A stretch of 21,520 nt of DNA from an uncultured archaeon (lineage in GTDB: Archaea; Asgardarchaeota; Heimdallarchaeia; Heimdallarchaeales; Heimdallarchaeaceae). Location of the stretch: the NCBI GenBank assembly GCA_964549075.1, contig CAZJUB010000042.1, positions 1 through 21,520 of the forward strand, given 5' to 3'. Shown here one piece after another: positions 1 through 7,667 of this stretch; within the stretch, counting starts at the first letter, position 1; the number at the start of each line of letters is the position of its first letter. Below the pieces are notes generated by a model that saw nothing but the letters and a program-made list of their open reading frames with translations, was not told where the DNA came from and ran no database searches. Position numbers and translations under genes: made by a program.

Positions 1-2
1 GA

Positions 3-464
3 CAACCCTCATATCCTTGGGAGTTAGAAGAAATGCTAACTGTGAAGGAAGAAAAAATTGGATTGGTTTTTGGTAGAGAAGATAGAGGATTATCTAATGA
101 AGAGTTACTTTTGTGTGATTTTCTTGTTAACATACCACTTCCTGCAAAATTTAAAGTGATGAATATTTCTCATGCTGTTGCAATTGTATTGTATGAGATA
201 TGGAAATTACGTTTTAAAATAGAATCAAGATTAACATCAGAAAAAGCTTCAAGTACTATTGAAAGAGATATTTTATTTGATATTTTCAAAGAGATAGTTG
301 AAACACTACCGTATGAAGAACACAGAAAACCAATTGTAAACCATAGTTTTACTACGATGATAAACCGAAGTTTTTCGACCAGCGAGGAAATTCATTCTTT
401 AATTGGAATATTTAAAACCATTAAAGAACTCTGTGTAAGCAAGATTGAGAAAGAAGGTAAATAG
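3..464 (+). CDS. trmJ: SPOUT-class tRNA 2'-O-methyltransferase, TrmJ/LasT family (5'-truncated by window edge)
   Basis: Motifs LVFGREDRGLSNEEL and vMNiSHAVAIVLYE. The frame is open upstream of ATG 33 to the window start (QPSYPWELEEM), so the N-terminus lies outside the window. Confidence 0.85.
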   Translation, partial: QPSYPWELEEMLTVKEEKIGLVFGREDRGLSNEELLLCDFLVNIPLPAKFKVMNISHAVAIVLYEIWKLRFKIESRLTSEKASSTIERDILFDIFKEIVETLPYEEHRKPIVNHSFTTMINRSFSTSEEIHSLIGIFKTIKELCVSKIEKEGK

Positions 465-1064
465 ATGAAACAAAAGGATTTGGAAATTTTTCTCTCTCAA
501 CTTGAAACCTTTAATGAGCCAAAAGTATATCTTGAACAGTATCAAACACCACCAAGGATAATTGCTATGATTTTATGGAGAGCATATCAATTAGGAGATA
601 TAGAAAACAAATCTGTAGGAGATCTTTGTTGTGGAACCGGATCATTTGGTATAGGAGCCAAATTACTAGGAGCAAAAAATGTTCTAGGTATAGAGATTGA
701 CGATGATGCGATTAAAATAGCAAAAAGAAATTCGAAGAGATCTGAAGTTCAAATTCAGTTCATCAATGCAGATATTAGAGGATTAGAGGAGTCATTTGAT
801 ACAGTTCTTATGAATTCACCTTTTGGAATTCAAGGAACTGTAAAAGACCAAGAATTTTTACTATCTGCACTAAAAATGGCTAAAACCACATATTCAATCC
901 ATTTATATCAAAAGAAAAATGTAGATTTTTTGACTAATTTTGTTGAAAAACAAGGAAGACAAGTCACAGAAATAATAAAAGCAGAATTTGAATTGCCAAA
1001 ATCATACAAATTTCATAAAAGAAAATATCACATTATCCAAGTAGCAATTTTACGTTGTGAATAA
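465..1064 (+). CDS. METTL5-like class I SAM-dependent RNA methyltransferase
   Basis: N-terminal PKvyLEQYqTP, SAM motif DLCCGTG, EID, motif IV MNSPFG, and C-terminal YkFH. ATG directly follows the trmJ stop codon. Confidence 0.9.
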   Translation: MKQKDLEIFLSQLETFNEPKVYLEQYQTPPRIIAMILWRAYQLGDIENKSVGDLCCGTGSFGIGAKLLGAKNVLGIEIDDDAIKIAKRNSKRSEVQIQFINADIRGLEESFDTVLMNSPFGIQGTVKDQEFLLSALKMAKTTYSIHLYQKKNVDFLTNFVEKQGRQVTEIIKAEFELPKSYKFHKRKYHIIQVAILRCE

Positions 1065-1069
1065 TTTAA

Positions 1070-1249
1070 TTATTCAACTTTAAGCTGAGTTTTAAATAAT
1101 TGTCTCCTGTATTTGGAATATTTTTTCTCTTTTTCAAGTGAAAAACGTGCAGGTTGTGGTGAAACAGTTTTACTGCCACAATGTGGGCATCTCTCTTCAT
1201 TAAGAGTATATTCTTTGCACTTGACACACTGATATATAGATTTAGTCAT
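1070..1249 (-). CDS. nop10: H/ACA RNP protein Nop10 (59 aa, absent from ORF track)
   Basis: Manual translation: MTKSIYQCVKCKEYTLNEERCPHCGSKTVSPQPARFSLEKEKKYSKYRRQLFKTQLKVE*. Shows CxxC-YTL-CPxCG, PARFS and YSKYR. Lies directly downstream of aIF2-alpha, the usual position. Confidence 0.95.
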   Translation of the reverse strand: MTKSIYQCVKCKEYTLNEERCPHCGSKTVSPQPARFSLEKEKKYSKYRRQLFKTQLKVE

Positions 1250-1251
1250 CC

Positions 1252-2049
1252 TTATTTCACTTCAACAACTTTGACCGAAGCTTTGTAATTGGCAAGAGAA
1301 TTTTGGATTTTTTCAACAATCTTAGACATCAAATCTTCTGCAAGCTCATAATCTCTAGCATGAATGTTAAATCTATACATTGGAGCACCTCTAACAAAAA
1401 TATTCATACTTAATTCTGACTCTTCAGCTTCGATTTCTTCTCTAGCTTGTTTTGCTTCTTTGAAAGCTTTCCTTATCAAAGTAGCTCCATTTCCTTCCCA
1501 GCACATGATTTCTAAATCTCTTGTAATTTCCACCTTTGGTATAGTAAGATTCTTTGTAGCAATTGAAGTTAGAGTAGAAATCCATTCCTCAGGTATTTTG
1601 GCATCAGTAAATGCATCATCACCACGAAATAGCGCTTCTTCAAAGGCATTATATAAACTTCCATAATAATTAGTAAGCAAATCTTCAAGTTCAGATCTAG
1701 CAGTTTCAAAATCGATTTTTCTTTGTTTTGCTGCCATTTCAAGTAGAGTTAAACCAGTTTTATATTTCTTCCATTCATCAACTTTAGATCTTTTAAGACC
1801 ATCCGATACTCTTTTTATGCTAATATCAATTTGATTTTCTTTGATACGCATAACCCTACCAACAACTTTCTTTCCTATTCTCATTACATTTCGAATATTT
1901 CTAACCCAAGTAGAACTTACTTCGGAAACGTGACAATATGCTTGGAGATCTTCATATTCATCCAAGTCCACATAGACTCCATGGTCAAAAATCCTTTTTA
2001 CAGTACCTATTACTAAGTCCCCAGTCTCTGGAAGGTTTCGTCTACTCAT
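1252..2049 (-). CDS. eif2a: Translation initiation factor 2 subunit alpha (aIF2-alpha)
   Basis: S1 domain LPETGDLVIGTV...YVDLDEY...HVSEVSSTWVRNIR, IDISIKRV, and C-terminal GAPMYR. Adjacent to nop10. Confidence 0.95.
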   Translation of the reverse strand: MSRRNLPETGDLVIGTVKRIFDHGVYVDLDEYEDLQAYCHVSEVSSTWVRNIRNVMRIGKKVVGRVMRIKENQIDISIKRVSDGLKRSKVDEWKKYKTGLTLLEMAAKQRKIDFETARSELEDLLTNYYGSLYNAFEEALFRGDDAFTDAKIPEEWISTLTSIATKNLTIPKVEITRDLEIMCWEGNGATLIRKAFKEAKQAREEIEAEESELSMNIFVRGAPMYRFNIHARDYELAEDLMSKIVEKIQNSLANYKASVKVVEVK

Positions 2050-2147
2050 CTAAATCAGTATCAGTTCTATATTCTTTATTTAAAAAGTTACTTTCTTATC
2101 ACTTAAACCAGTAAGTTACTTAAAGGGATATTTTATAATAGATTCTT

Positions 2148-2729
2148 GTGAAAGAAAATATAAGAACAATTGGAATCGATGATTCAGCATTTGATAGATT
2201 AAAATCAACAAAGACGTTTGTATTTGGAATAATTGTTAGAGGAAATAGTTTGGTTGAAGGAGTCCTTCGGACAGAAATTCAAATAGATGGACTAAAAGCT
2301 ACCGAAAAAATTGTTTCAATGATTACTAATAGTAAATATCACAAACAACTGAAAGCAATTTTCCTTAGAAGCTCTACAATTGCAGCCTTCAATATTATTG
2401 ACATGAATTTATTATATGAAAAAACCTCCATTCCGGTAATAACTATATTGACTGAACGACCAGATGAAGACAATGTTGAAAATGCCATTTCTAATTTAGA
2501 CGATTGGAAAGATAGATTAAATATCCTTAACAAAAATCCACCAATTAAGGAAATTAGTTTTTATAATAAGGAGAGAAGAGAATGTGTGGTATTGGTGCAA
2601 CAAGTAGGTCTTAATATGTCAGAAATCAAAAAACTCCTGAAAATTTCATGCTATTCAAGTTGTATACCTGAAAGTCTTAGACTAGCAGACAAAATAGGTC
2701 AAAGTTTCAAAGGATTCATCTTAGACTAA
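2148..2729 (+). CDS. DUF99/UPF0215 family protein (endonuclease V-like fold)
   Basis: RTIGIDDS, IDGLKATE, AAFNIID, PVI and IPESLRLA motifs. GTG start. 3' end overlaps the convergent gene by 4 nt. Confidence 0.85.
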   Translation: MKENIRTIGIDDSAFDRLKSTKTFVFGIIVRGNSLVEGVLRTEIQIDGLKATEKIVSMITNSKYHKQLKAIFLRSSTIAAFNIIDMNLLYEKTSIPVITILTERPDEDNVENAISNLDDWKDRLNILNKNPPIKEISFYNKERRECVVLVQQVGLNMSEIKKLLKISCYSSCIPESLRLADKIGQSFKGFILD

Positions 2730-3136
2730 TCTGGAAGAATGCGAAGTTTTTTGCAGAAATGATTTATTAGTAAAGTAAATGACTCCGTACAAAGTTCTTT
2801 TTCATTCTCTTGAAATAAGCCTATGCTTTTACGTAAATTCTTTGTGAGGATAGTTATCATTTCTGGTAAGGTGTTCTTATTTTTTAAATAAATAAAAGCG
2901 ATAAAAGCTTCCACAGCATCGCCTATATCACCGGCGCTTTTTCTAGTTCCTAGATAACCTCGAAGTTGAGAATTTCTACAAGCTTGAGCTAAACAAGAAT
3001 CCCAGACCTTTATTCCTTTAGATTTCTGACTTATTTCAAAAACTGCTGCATTATATATGAAATTTACAATTGAATCTCCAAATTTCGAAAAATGTTTGTT
3101 TGAGAGAATTTCTCTGAGGTTATTTGGGTTGTCCAA
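2726..3136 (-). CDS. Archaeal stand-alone ribonuclease III-like domain protein
   Basis: SKFGDSIVNFIY, GIKVWDSCLAQA and GDAVEAFIA. Start placed at TTG 3136, just past the rpoL stop. The ORF-track start at 3199 overlaps rpoL by 50 nt. Confidence 0.75.
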   Translation of the reverse strand: MDNPNNLREILSNKHFSKFGDSIVNFIYNAAVFEISQKSKGIKVWDSCLAQACRNSQLRGYLGTRKSAGDIGDAVEAFIAFIYLKNKNTLPEMITILTKNLRKSIGLFQENEKELCTESFTLLINHFCKKLRILPD

Positions 3137-3149
3137 AAGACCACAACGC

Positions 3150-3434
3150 TTACTCAACTTTTGCTTTACACAAATCAACAAATTCTTGTGTTTCTTCACT
3201 TAATCGCTCTAGTGCTTTGTTGATAGAAACTATGGGATCTGAAGTTTTTTTCTTCATTTTAACTTGAAACACAACAGATTCATAAAAAGATTCATCTCTC
3301 AAATATCCAGAAAAATCTACTTCATCATCTTTTAATAATTCTTCACGTAAAAGATTAAATAAAGTATGAGGATCTGCTTGTTTTACATTGAATTTTATGT
3401 ATCCTGCTTCTTGCTTTAAGATATTAATCTGCAT
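3150..3434 (-). CDS. rpoL: DNA-directed RNA polymerase subunit L (Rpo11)
   Basis: 94 aa; HTLFNLLREELLKDDEVDFSGY; position downstream of csl4. Confidence 0.88.
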   Translation of the reverse strand: MQINILKQEAGYIKFNVKQADPHTLFNLLREELLKDDEVDFSGYLRDESFYESVVFQVKMKKKTSDPIVSINKALERLSEETQEFVDLCKAKVE

Positions 3435-3440
3435 TTTTAA

Positions 3441-3445
3441 ACCTC
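3441..3445 (-). promoter_or_regulatory. Shine-Dalgarno-like GAGGT upstream of rpoL
   Basis: Minus strand reads GAGGT-TTAAAA-ATG. Confidence 0.55.
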
Positions 3446-3543
3446 GAACTTCTTTTATTTATTTAATTTATATATTTTACCAGTCTTGCTATTTTCTTGG
3501 AAACAAGTTATTTGTTGGTCCTATGCTCGCTATAGTCATTATT

Positions 3544-4176
3544 TTAAGCCTGCATTGAGTCTTTTGATAGAATCTGAATAAGGTCGAAAATACATTTCTG
3601 TGGTTCGTAATTTACAGAAATTGTATTTTTTTCTGTTTTAAAATATTCGAGCTCTAAACCTTTTTCTAGTACAAAATCCTGATCCAAACTTGTACAATAA
3701 CTAATTGTCGCTAACACTCGCTTCATTATTTGTGTTTTTACACTCAAAGGTGTTTCTTGTATGAGTTCATGTAAATCCTCTAAAATCCTTTGAACCTCTT
3801 TCATTGTTGCTGTTGTTATCAAATCTTGTTCATTGACTCTGGAATGAATTCCTAAATGATTGAGTACTGTACTAAGTGTTTCTATCGAAATAATTTTGGA
3901 TCCCATTTGTTGTATTAGTTTAAGGTTGTGTGCGTAATAACCATTTTTATTTGGTGTTGATGATTGCAAGAACATTCGTCCTAACGACTTCACAGTTACT
4001 ACAGATTCCTTTACAACTTCTTTTTCCCCATACAGACGGATTTTCATTACTCCTTCTTTATATGTTAAAGTAAATTCCACATATCGTAATGCATCAGATA
4101 TTAGCTCTATGAAATTTTCAATAGATTTCTTATTACTAATAGTAACATAAACCTCTTTTGTGGTCGATCTTGCCAA
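3544..4176 (-). CDS. Conserved archaeal protein, probably DUF2067 family
   Basis: Sits between csl4 and rpoL, where DUF2067 genes occur in other archaea. N-terminal 'FIELIS...MKIRLYG' pattern. GGTGAT SD (4181-4186) favours TTG 4176 over GTG 4185. Confidence 0.6.
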   Translation of the reverse strand: MARSTTKEVYVTISNKKSIENFIELISDALRYVEFTLTYKEGVMKIRLYGEKEVVKESVVTVKSLGRMFLQSSTPNKNGYYAHNLKLIQQMGSKIISIETLSTVLNHLGIHSRVNEQDLITTATMKEVQRILEDLHELIQETPLSVKTQIMKRVLATISYCTSLDQDFVLEKGLELEYFKTEKNTISVNYEPQKCIFDLIQILSKDSMQA

Positions 4177-4202
4177 AAAAATCACCTTAAAACTCTTTCA
4201 TG

Positions 4203-4805
4203 TTATGTTTTGAAACCCAAATCTCCACTTCCATAATCAATAGTTGTTTTCCGTCTTTGAATATAGGAACATTCGGAGCATTTCAATTTATTTCTTCCTA
4301 TCTTTTCTAACTCAGCTCCACATTGAGAGCAAGTTGCGAGCACAACACCAAGCTGAGATCCAATCAATGAACCTTGTAGAGGGATGGTTTTTGCATCTAT
4401 AATTTTAACACGAACTATATCCGCTAAACAAACAGCATCATCAGCTGTTTCCAAATAATCTTTGGAAAGTTGTGAAATATGAATAACCATTGTATAAGAA
4501 GGATGAACTGCTTTATTATTGATATAGCTTATAGAAACAGTAACCATTTGACGGGATACATTTACAATGCTTCCTATTGCAATATCACCATTCTTAGGTA
4601 CAATCGCAGATTGTGGTTTTGCTAGAACAGAGATTTCGTGATTTTCCAAATCAATAATTACTTTTCCAGTTACTGAAGAGTAGATATAGTCTTCTTCAGT
4701 ATAAGTACCCATACCTCCAATAAATTCTTCTGTAACAGCTAAACGAGTGCCAGGGAGCACTAATTTTTCTGAGTTTTTTACTCTATCATAGATATCGAGA
4801 GTCAT
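4203..4805 (-). CDS. csl4: Exosome complex RNA-binding protein Csl4
   Basis: VLPGTRLAVTEEFIGGMGTY, S1 domain (IHISQ...DIVRVKII), LGVVLATCSQCG...LKCSEC...RK zinc ribbon. Confidence 0.95.
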   Translation of the reverse strand: MTLDIYDRVKNSEKLVLPGTRLAVTEEFIGGMGTYTEEDYIYSSVTGKVIIDLENHEISVLAKPQSAIVPKNGDIAIGSIVNVSRQMVTVSISYINNKAVHPSYTMVIHISQLSKDYLETADDAVCLADIVRVKIIDAKTIPLQGSLIGSQLGVVLATCSQCGAELEKIGRNKLKCSECSYIQRRKTTIDYGSGDLGFKT

Positions 4806-4985
4806 TCATTCTCACGTGCATTCTTTACATTATGGAAAATTATGGAATAAAATACCTTTCCATTCATAACAAGAAGAGTAAAAGAGTTACAAAAATAAAA
4901 GAGAGAGTAAAAAAACTGATTTCACAAATATCATTCTTTACTACAAATCAAAAAATATTTAATCTAAACTTTAAACAAATAGTTG

Positions 4986-5627
4986 ATGGCTACTCCTGAA
5001 TTTGGAACTATTAGTGCTACAAGGATGGAATTATTGAATACTAGATCGAGAATTCGATTAGCACAGAAAGGACATGATCTTCTAAAAGAGAAAATGGATT
5101 CATTAGTAATTGAACTATATGCCATCAAAGACGAAGTTCGTGAAGCAAGAAAGCAAGTTGAAGAAGAGTTAAAAATTGCCTATCAATCATTAGCTAAAGG
5201 GGAGATGGTTATAGGACCAGATAAAATACGTGATTTGGCACAATATGCACCTTCAGTCTTAAAGATAAATACACAAACAGTAAGTATCATGGGAGTCAGA
5301 TCACCTAGATTCGTCGTAAAAGAAATTGAAACAGAAGGAATTTTCTATGGGTTAACTAGTTCTAGTGCTCAACTAGATCGAGCAATTGTATATTTCAGAA
5401 AATCATTAAGGACTTTAATGGTAATTGCAGAAAAGATGACACTTCTCGAAAAACTTGCGACTGAGATAAACAAGACTAAAAGAAGAGTTAATGCTCTTAA
5501 TTATATCTTGATTCCAAAATTAAAAGCAACAACTAGTTTTATTGCTAGTACACTTGAAGAACAAGAACGTGAAACTTTTTCCAGGTTAAAAAGGGTAAAG
5601 GCTATTCTTGAAGCAAAGAAGCAGTAA
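4986..5627 (+). CDS. atpD: A/V-type ATP synthase subunit D
   Basis: TRMELL...LAQKGHDLLKEK, IMGV, EINKTKRRVNALNYILIP, LEEQERETFSRLKRVK. ATG 4986 (TTG 4983 is in frame). Confidence 0.96.
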   Translation: MATPEFGTISATRMELLNTRSRIRLAQKGHDLLKEKMDSLVIELYAIKDEVREARKQVEEELKIAYQSLAKGEMVIGPDKIRDLAQYAPSVLKINTQTVSIMGVRSPRFVVKEIETEGIFYGLTSSSAQLDRAIVYFRKSLRTLMVIAEKMTLLEKLATEINKTKRRVNALNYILIPKLKATTSFIASTLEEQERETFSRLKRVKAILEAKKQ

Positions 5628-5801
5628 TGTCTTGATATCCATAATTTTACTTTATTAGGAAAAACAAGTTATATTTTCAAGATATTATTGTCATTTTTAT
5701 TTGGACACATTGATAGAGTTTATTAAGTATAATCTTATAATTCTATAGACAGAGAAAGAAATTAAAAGATTTCTAGTACTATAAAATTAAGAGGCAAGGA
5801 T

Positions 5802-6782
5802 ATGACATTTGAAGATTGGTTAAGGAATTTACCTCCAACAAGCTTAGTTGATACATACGTAAAAATGCTTATCTATCTATTAGTGATTTTTACATTTTTA
5901 AGCGCTTTAGTAGTGTTTCTCGCAACAAGATATTATAGAAAAAAAGACACACCTTCTCTCTTGGATTTAGATTTCGAAACGGACATACCAACACCTACTG
6001 ATATTCCTCCTTCGGAAAGAATTGCGATTCTCAATATTGAGAAAGCTAAATCTATTGCTGCTCAACGTGCATTATCTGATGCGCATAAGAAGAAAGAAGT
6101 GAGTGAAGCTATTTTTGGTAGACTATCTGTTAGATATGCATCCGATGTTAAGAAGATTGAAGACGAGATTGAAAAAACAACTAGAGAAGCAGAAGTCTCT
6201 CAATTAGAAGAAGAATTGAAAAAGATGCAAGGTGACTATTTAAGTAAGATTAAAGGAGAAGAAAAAATTGAGATTACACCTTCAACTCCTTCAACCGCAC
6301 CACCAGCACCACCAGGATCAGCTCCCGCGCCACCAATGCCAGCAGCTCCTACACCTACACTGGTAGAACGAAAACCTGCTAAACCAAAAAAGGAGAAAAA
6401 GAAGAAAGATAAGAAAGCAGCAGTTACTCCACCAACACCAACAATCCCAACACCAACCCCAACACCAACACCAACAATGCCTGGAAGAGCAGCCCCACCA
6501 CCACCACCAGGAGTGACTAAAACACCTCCAGCAACAGCAGTTCCTTCCCCTCCAATGCCAACAGCTCCACCAGGAGCACCAGCTACATCATCAATACCAG
6601 CTCCAACTATTCCTACTCCAAGACCACCAGGAACAGGAGCACCAGCACCAGCTGTAGCACCACCAGTAGCAGGTGAAGGAGAAGGGGATCTTTTTGCAAA
6701 AAGTACTTCGATTGCTGCACTTCGAAAAGAAATGCTCAAGGAGTTAGATCGTCTTAAAAAATTCATGAGCGAACAACAATAA
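5802..6782 (+). CDS. Hypothetical single-pass membrane protein with coiled coil, proline-rich region, polybasic patch and C-terminal amphipathic helix
   Basis: Hydrophobic stretch MLIYLLVIFTFLSALVVFLA followed by TRYYRKK; E/K-rich heptads at about aa 72-150; P/T/A-rich region at about aa 160-290; purine-rich SD-like GAGG/AGGA upstream; A/T third-position codon usage. Confidence 0.85.
   Translation: MTFEDWLRNLPPTSLVDTYVKMLIYLLVIFTFLSALVVFLATRYYRKKDTPSLLDLDFETDIPTPTDIPPSERIAILNIEKAKSIAAQRALSDAHKKKEVSEAIFGRLSVRYASDVKKIEDEIEKTTREAEVSQLEEELKKMQGDYLSKIKGEEKIEITPSTPSTAPPAPPGSAPAPPMPAAPTPTLVERKPAKPKKEKKKKDKKAAVTPPTPTIPTPTPTPTPTMPGRAAPPPPPGVTKTPPATAVPSPPMPTAPPGAPATSSIPAPTIPTPRPPGTGAPAPAVAPPVAGEGEGDLFAKSTSIAALRKEMLKELDRLKKFMSEQQ
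6432..6512 (+). repeat. Coding microsatellite-like repeats (CCAACA)n and (CCA)5 encoding PT repeats and PPPPP
   Basis: ccaacaccaacaatcccaacaccaaccccaacaccaacaccaaca followed shortly by ccaccaccaccacca. Confidence 0.7.
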
Positions 6783-6926
6783 AATTAAGTTCAACATAAT
6801 TAACAAGGGTTGAAACTATAAAGTGTTTCTACCCAAATCTATTTTTCCACAACCTTAATTTGGAATTTCTTTTTATAGCATTAATTTTAAAAAAAATTAT
6901 TATTTATATAACATAAAGTGATTACA

Positions 6927-7667
6927 ATGTCTCAAAAAAACAACCAGTTTCAAAAACAAGAAAGAGAAAAACTCTTGGCAGCTCAAAAAGCTGCTAAAGA
7001 ATTCATTTATGATGGATTCACAGTGGGTGTCGGTACAGGTTCTACCATTAAATATTTCATCCAAGAGCTTTCTATTCTTACTGAAGAGGAAGATTTGGAT
7101 ATTATTACAGTTCCATCCTCAAAAGAGACTCATTTTGAGTTAGTAAAAGCAGGATTACCAGTTGGTACCCTCGTAGAATATCCAGAACTTGAAGTTTATG
7201 TCGATAGTTCTGATATTATCACTCAAGATTTTGTTCTGATTAAAGGAGGTGGTGGAGCGTTTACAAAAGAAAAGATACTAGCTAGTGCATCTAAAGATTT
7301 TATTGTAATCGTAGATAGTTCAAAATATCCAAAAGAATTAACGAGTTATCCTGTTCCTGTTGAAATAATCAGTGATGCAGTTAATTTTGTAATCAAACCA
7401 ATTTTTGAGTTAGGTGGAAAACTGAGAATCAGGTATGGATCTGGAAAGTTTGGGCCTGTTATCTCAGATAATGGCAACATAATAGGAGATGTTTATTTTC
7501 AAGAAACATACGATCCATCTGAGGTTGAAAAAGAATTGAATAACATACCAGGAATCATAGAAAATGGATTATTCCCGAAAGGTTCTGATAGGATAATTAT
7601 TGGTGAAAAAAACAAAACAAGGGTTATTGTAAATGAAAAGGAAACTATAGTAAAGCGGAGATTGTAG
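6927..7667 (+). CDS. rpiA: Ribose-5-phosphate isomerase A
   Basis: GVGTGST, LIKGGGGAFTKEKI, PVPVEI, GPVISDNGNIIGD, IPGIIENGLF. GTG 6918 is an alternative start. Confidence 0.95.
   Translation: MSQKNNQFQKQEREKLLAAQKAAKEFIYDGFTVGVGTGSTIKYFIQELSILTEEEDLDIITVPSSKETHFELVKAGLPVGTLVEYPELEVYVDSSDIITQDFVLIKGGGGAFTKEKILASASKDFIVIVDSSKYPKELTSYPVPVEIISDAVNFVIKPIFELGGKLRIRYGSGKFGPVISDNGNIIGDVYFQETYDPSEVEKELNNIPGIIENGLFPKGSDRIIIGEKNKTRVIVNEKETIVKRRL

Noticed and set aside
3518-3540. Minus-strand AUGA-CUAU-loop-AUAG-GA hairpin resembling a K-turn or SECIS core
   Set aside because: Only 4 bp of stem, no flanking canonical stem, far too short for a SECIS, and no in-frame UGA selenoprotein candidate nearby.
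3435-3543. Possible readthrough or frameshift extension of the DUF2067-like gene
   Set aside because: The frame meets another TAA after 11 codons and shows no recognisable protein signal.
4866-4916. Repeated AGAGTAAAA-like words between csl4 and atpD
   Set aside because: Short, low-complexity, purine-rich sequence with no regular repeat-spacer period; not CRISPR and not a supportable operator.
6236-6766. 176-aa Gly/Val/Ala-rich antisense ORF
   Set aside because: Shadow of CCA/ACA/GCA codons in the Pro-rich plus-strand gene; no independent evidence of coding.
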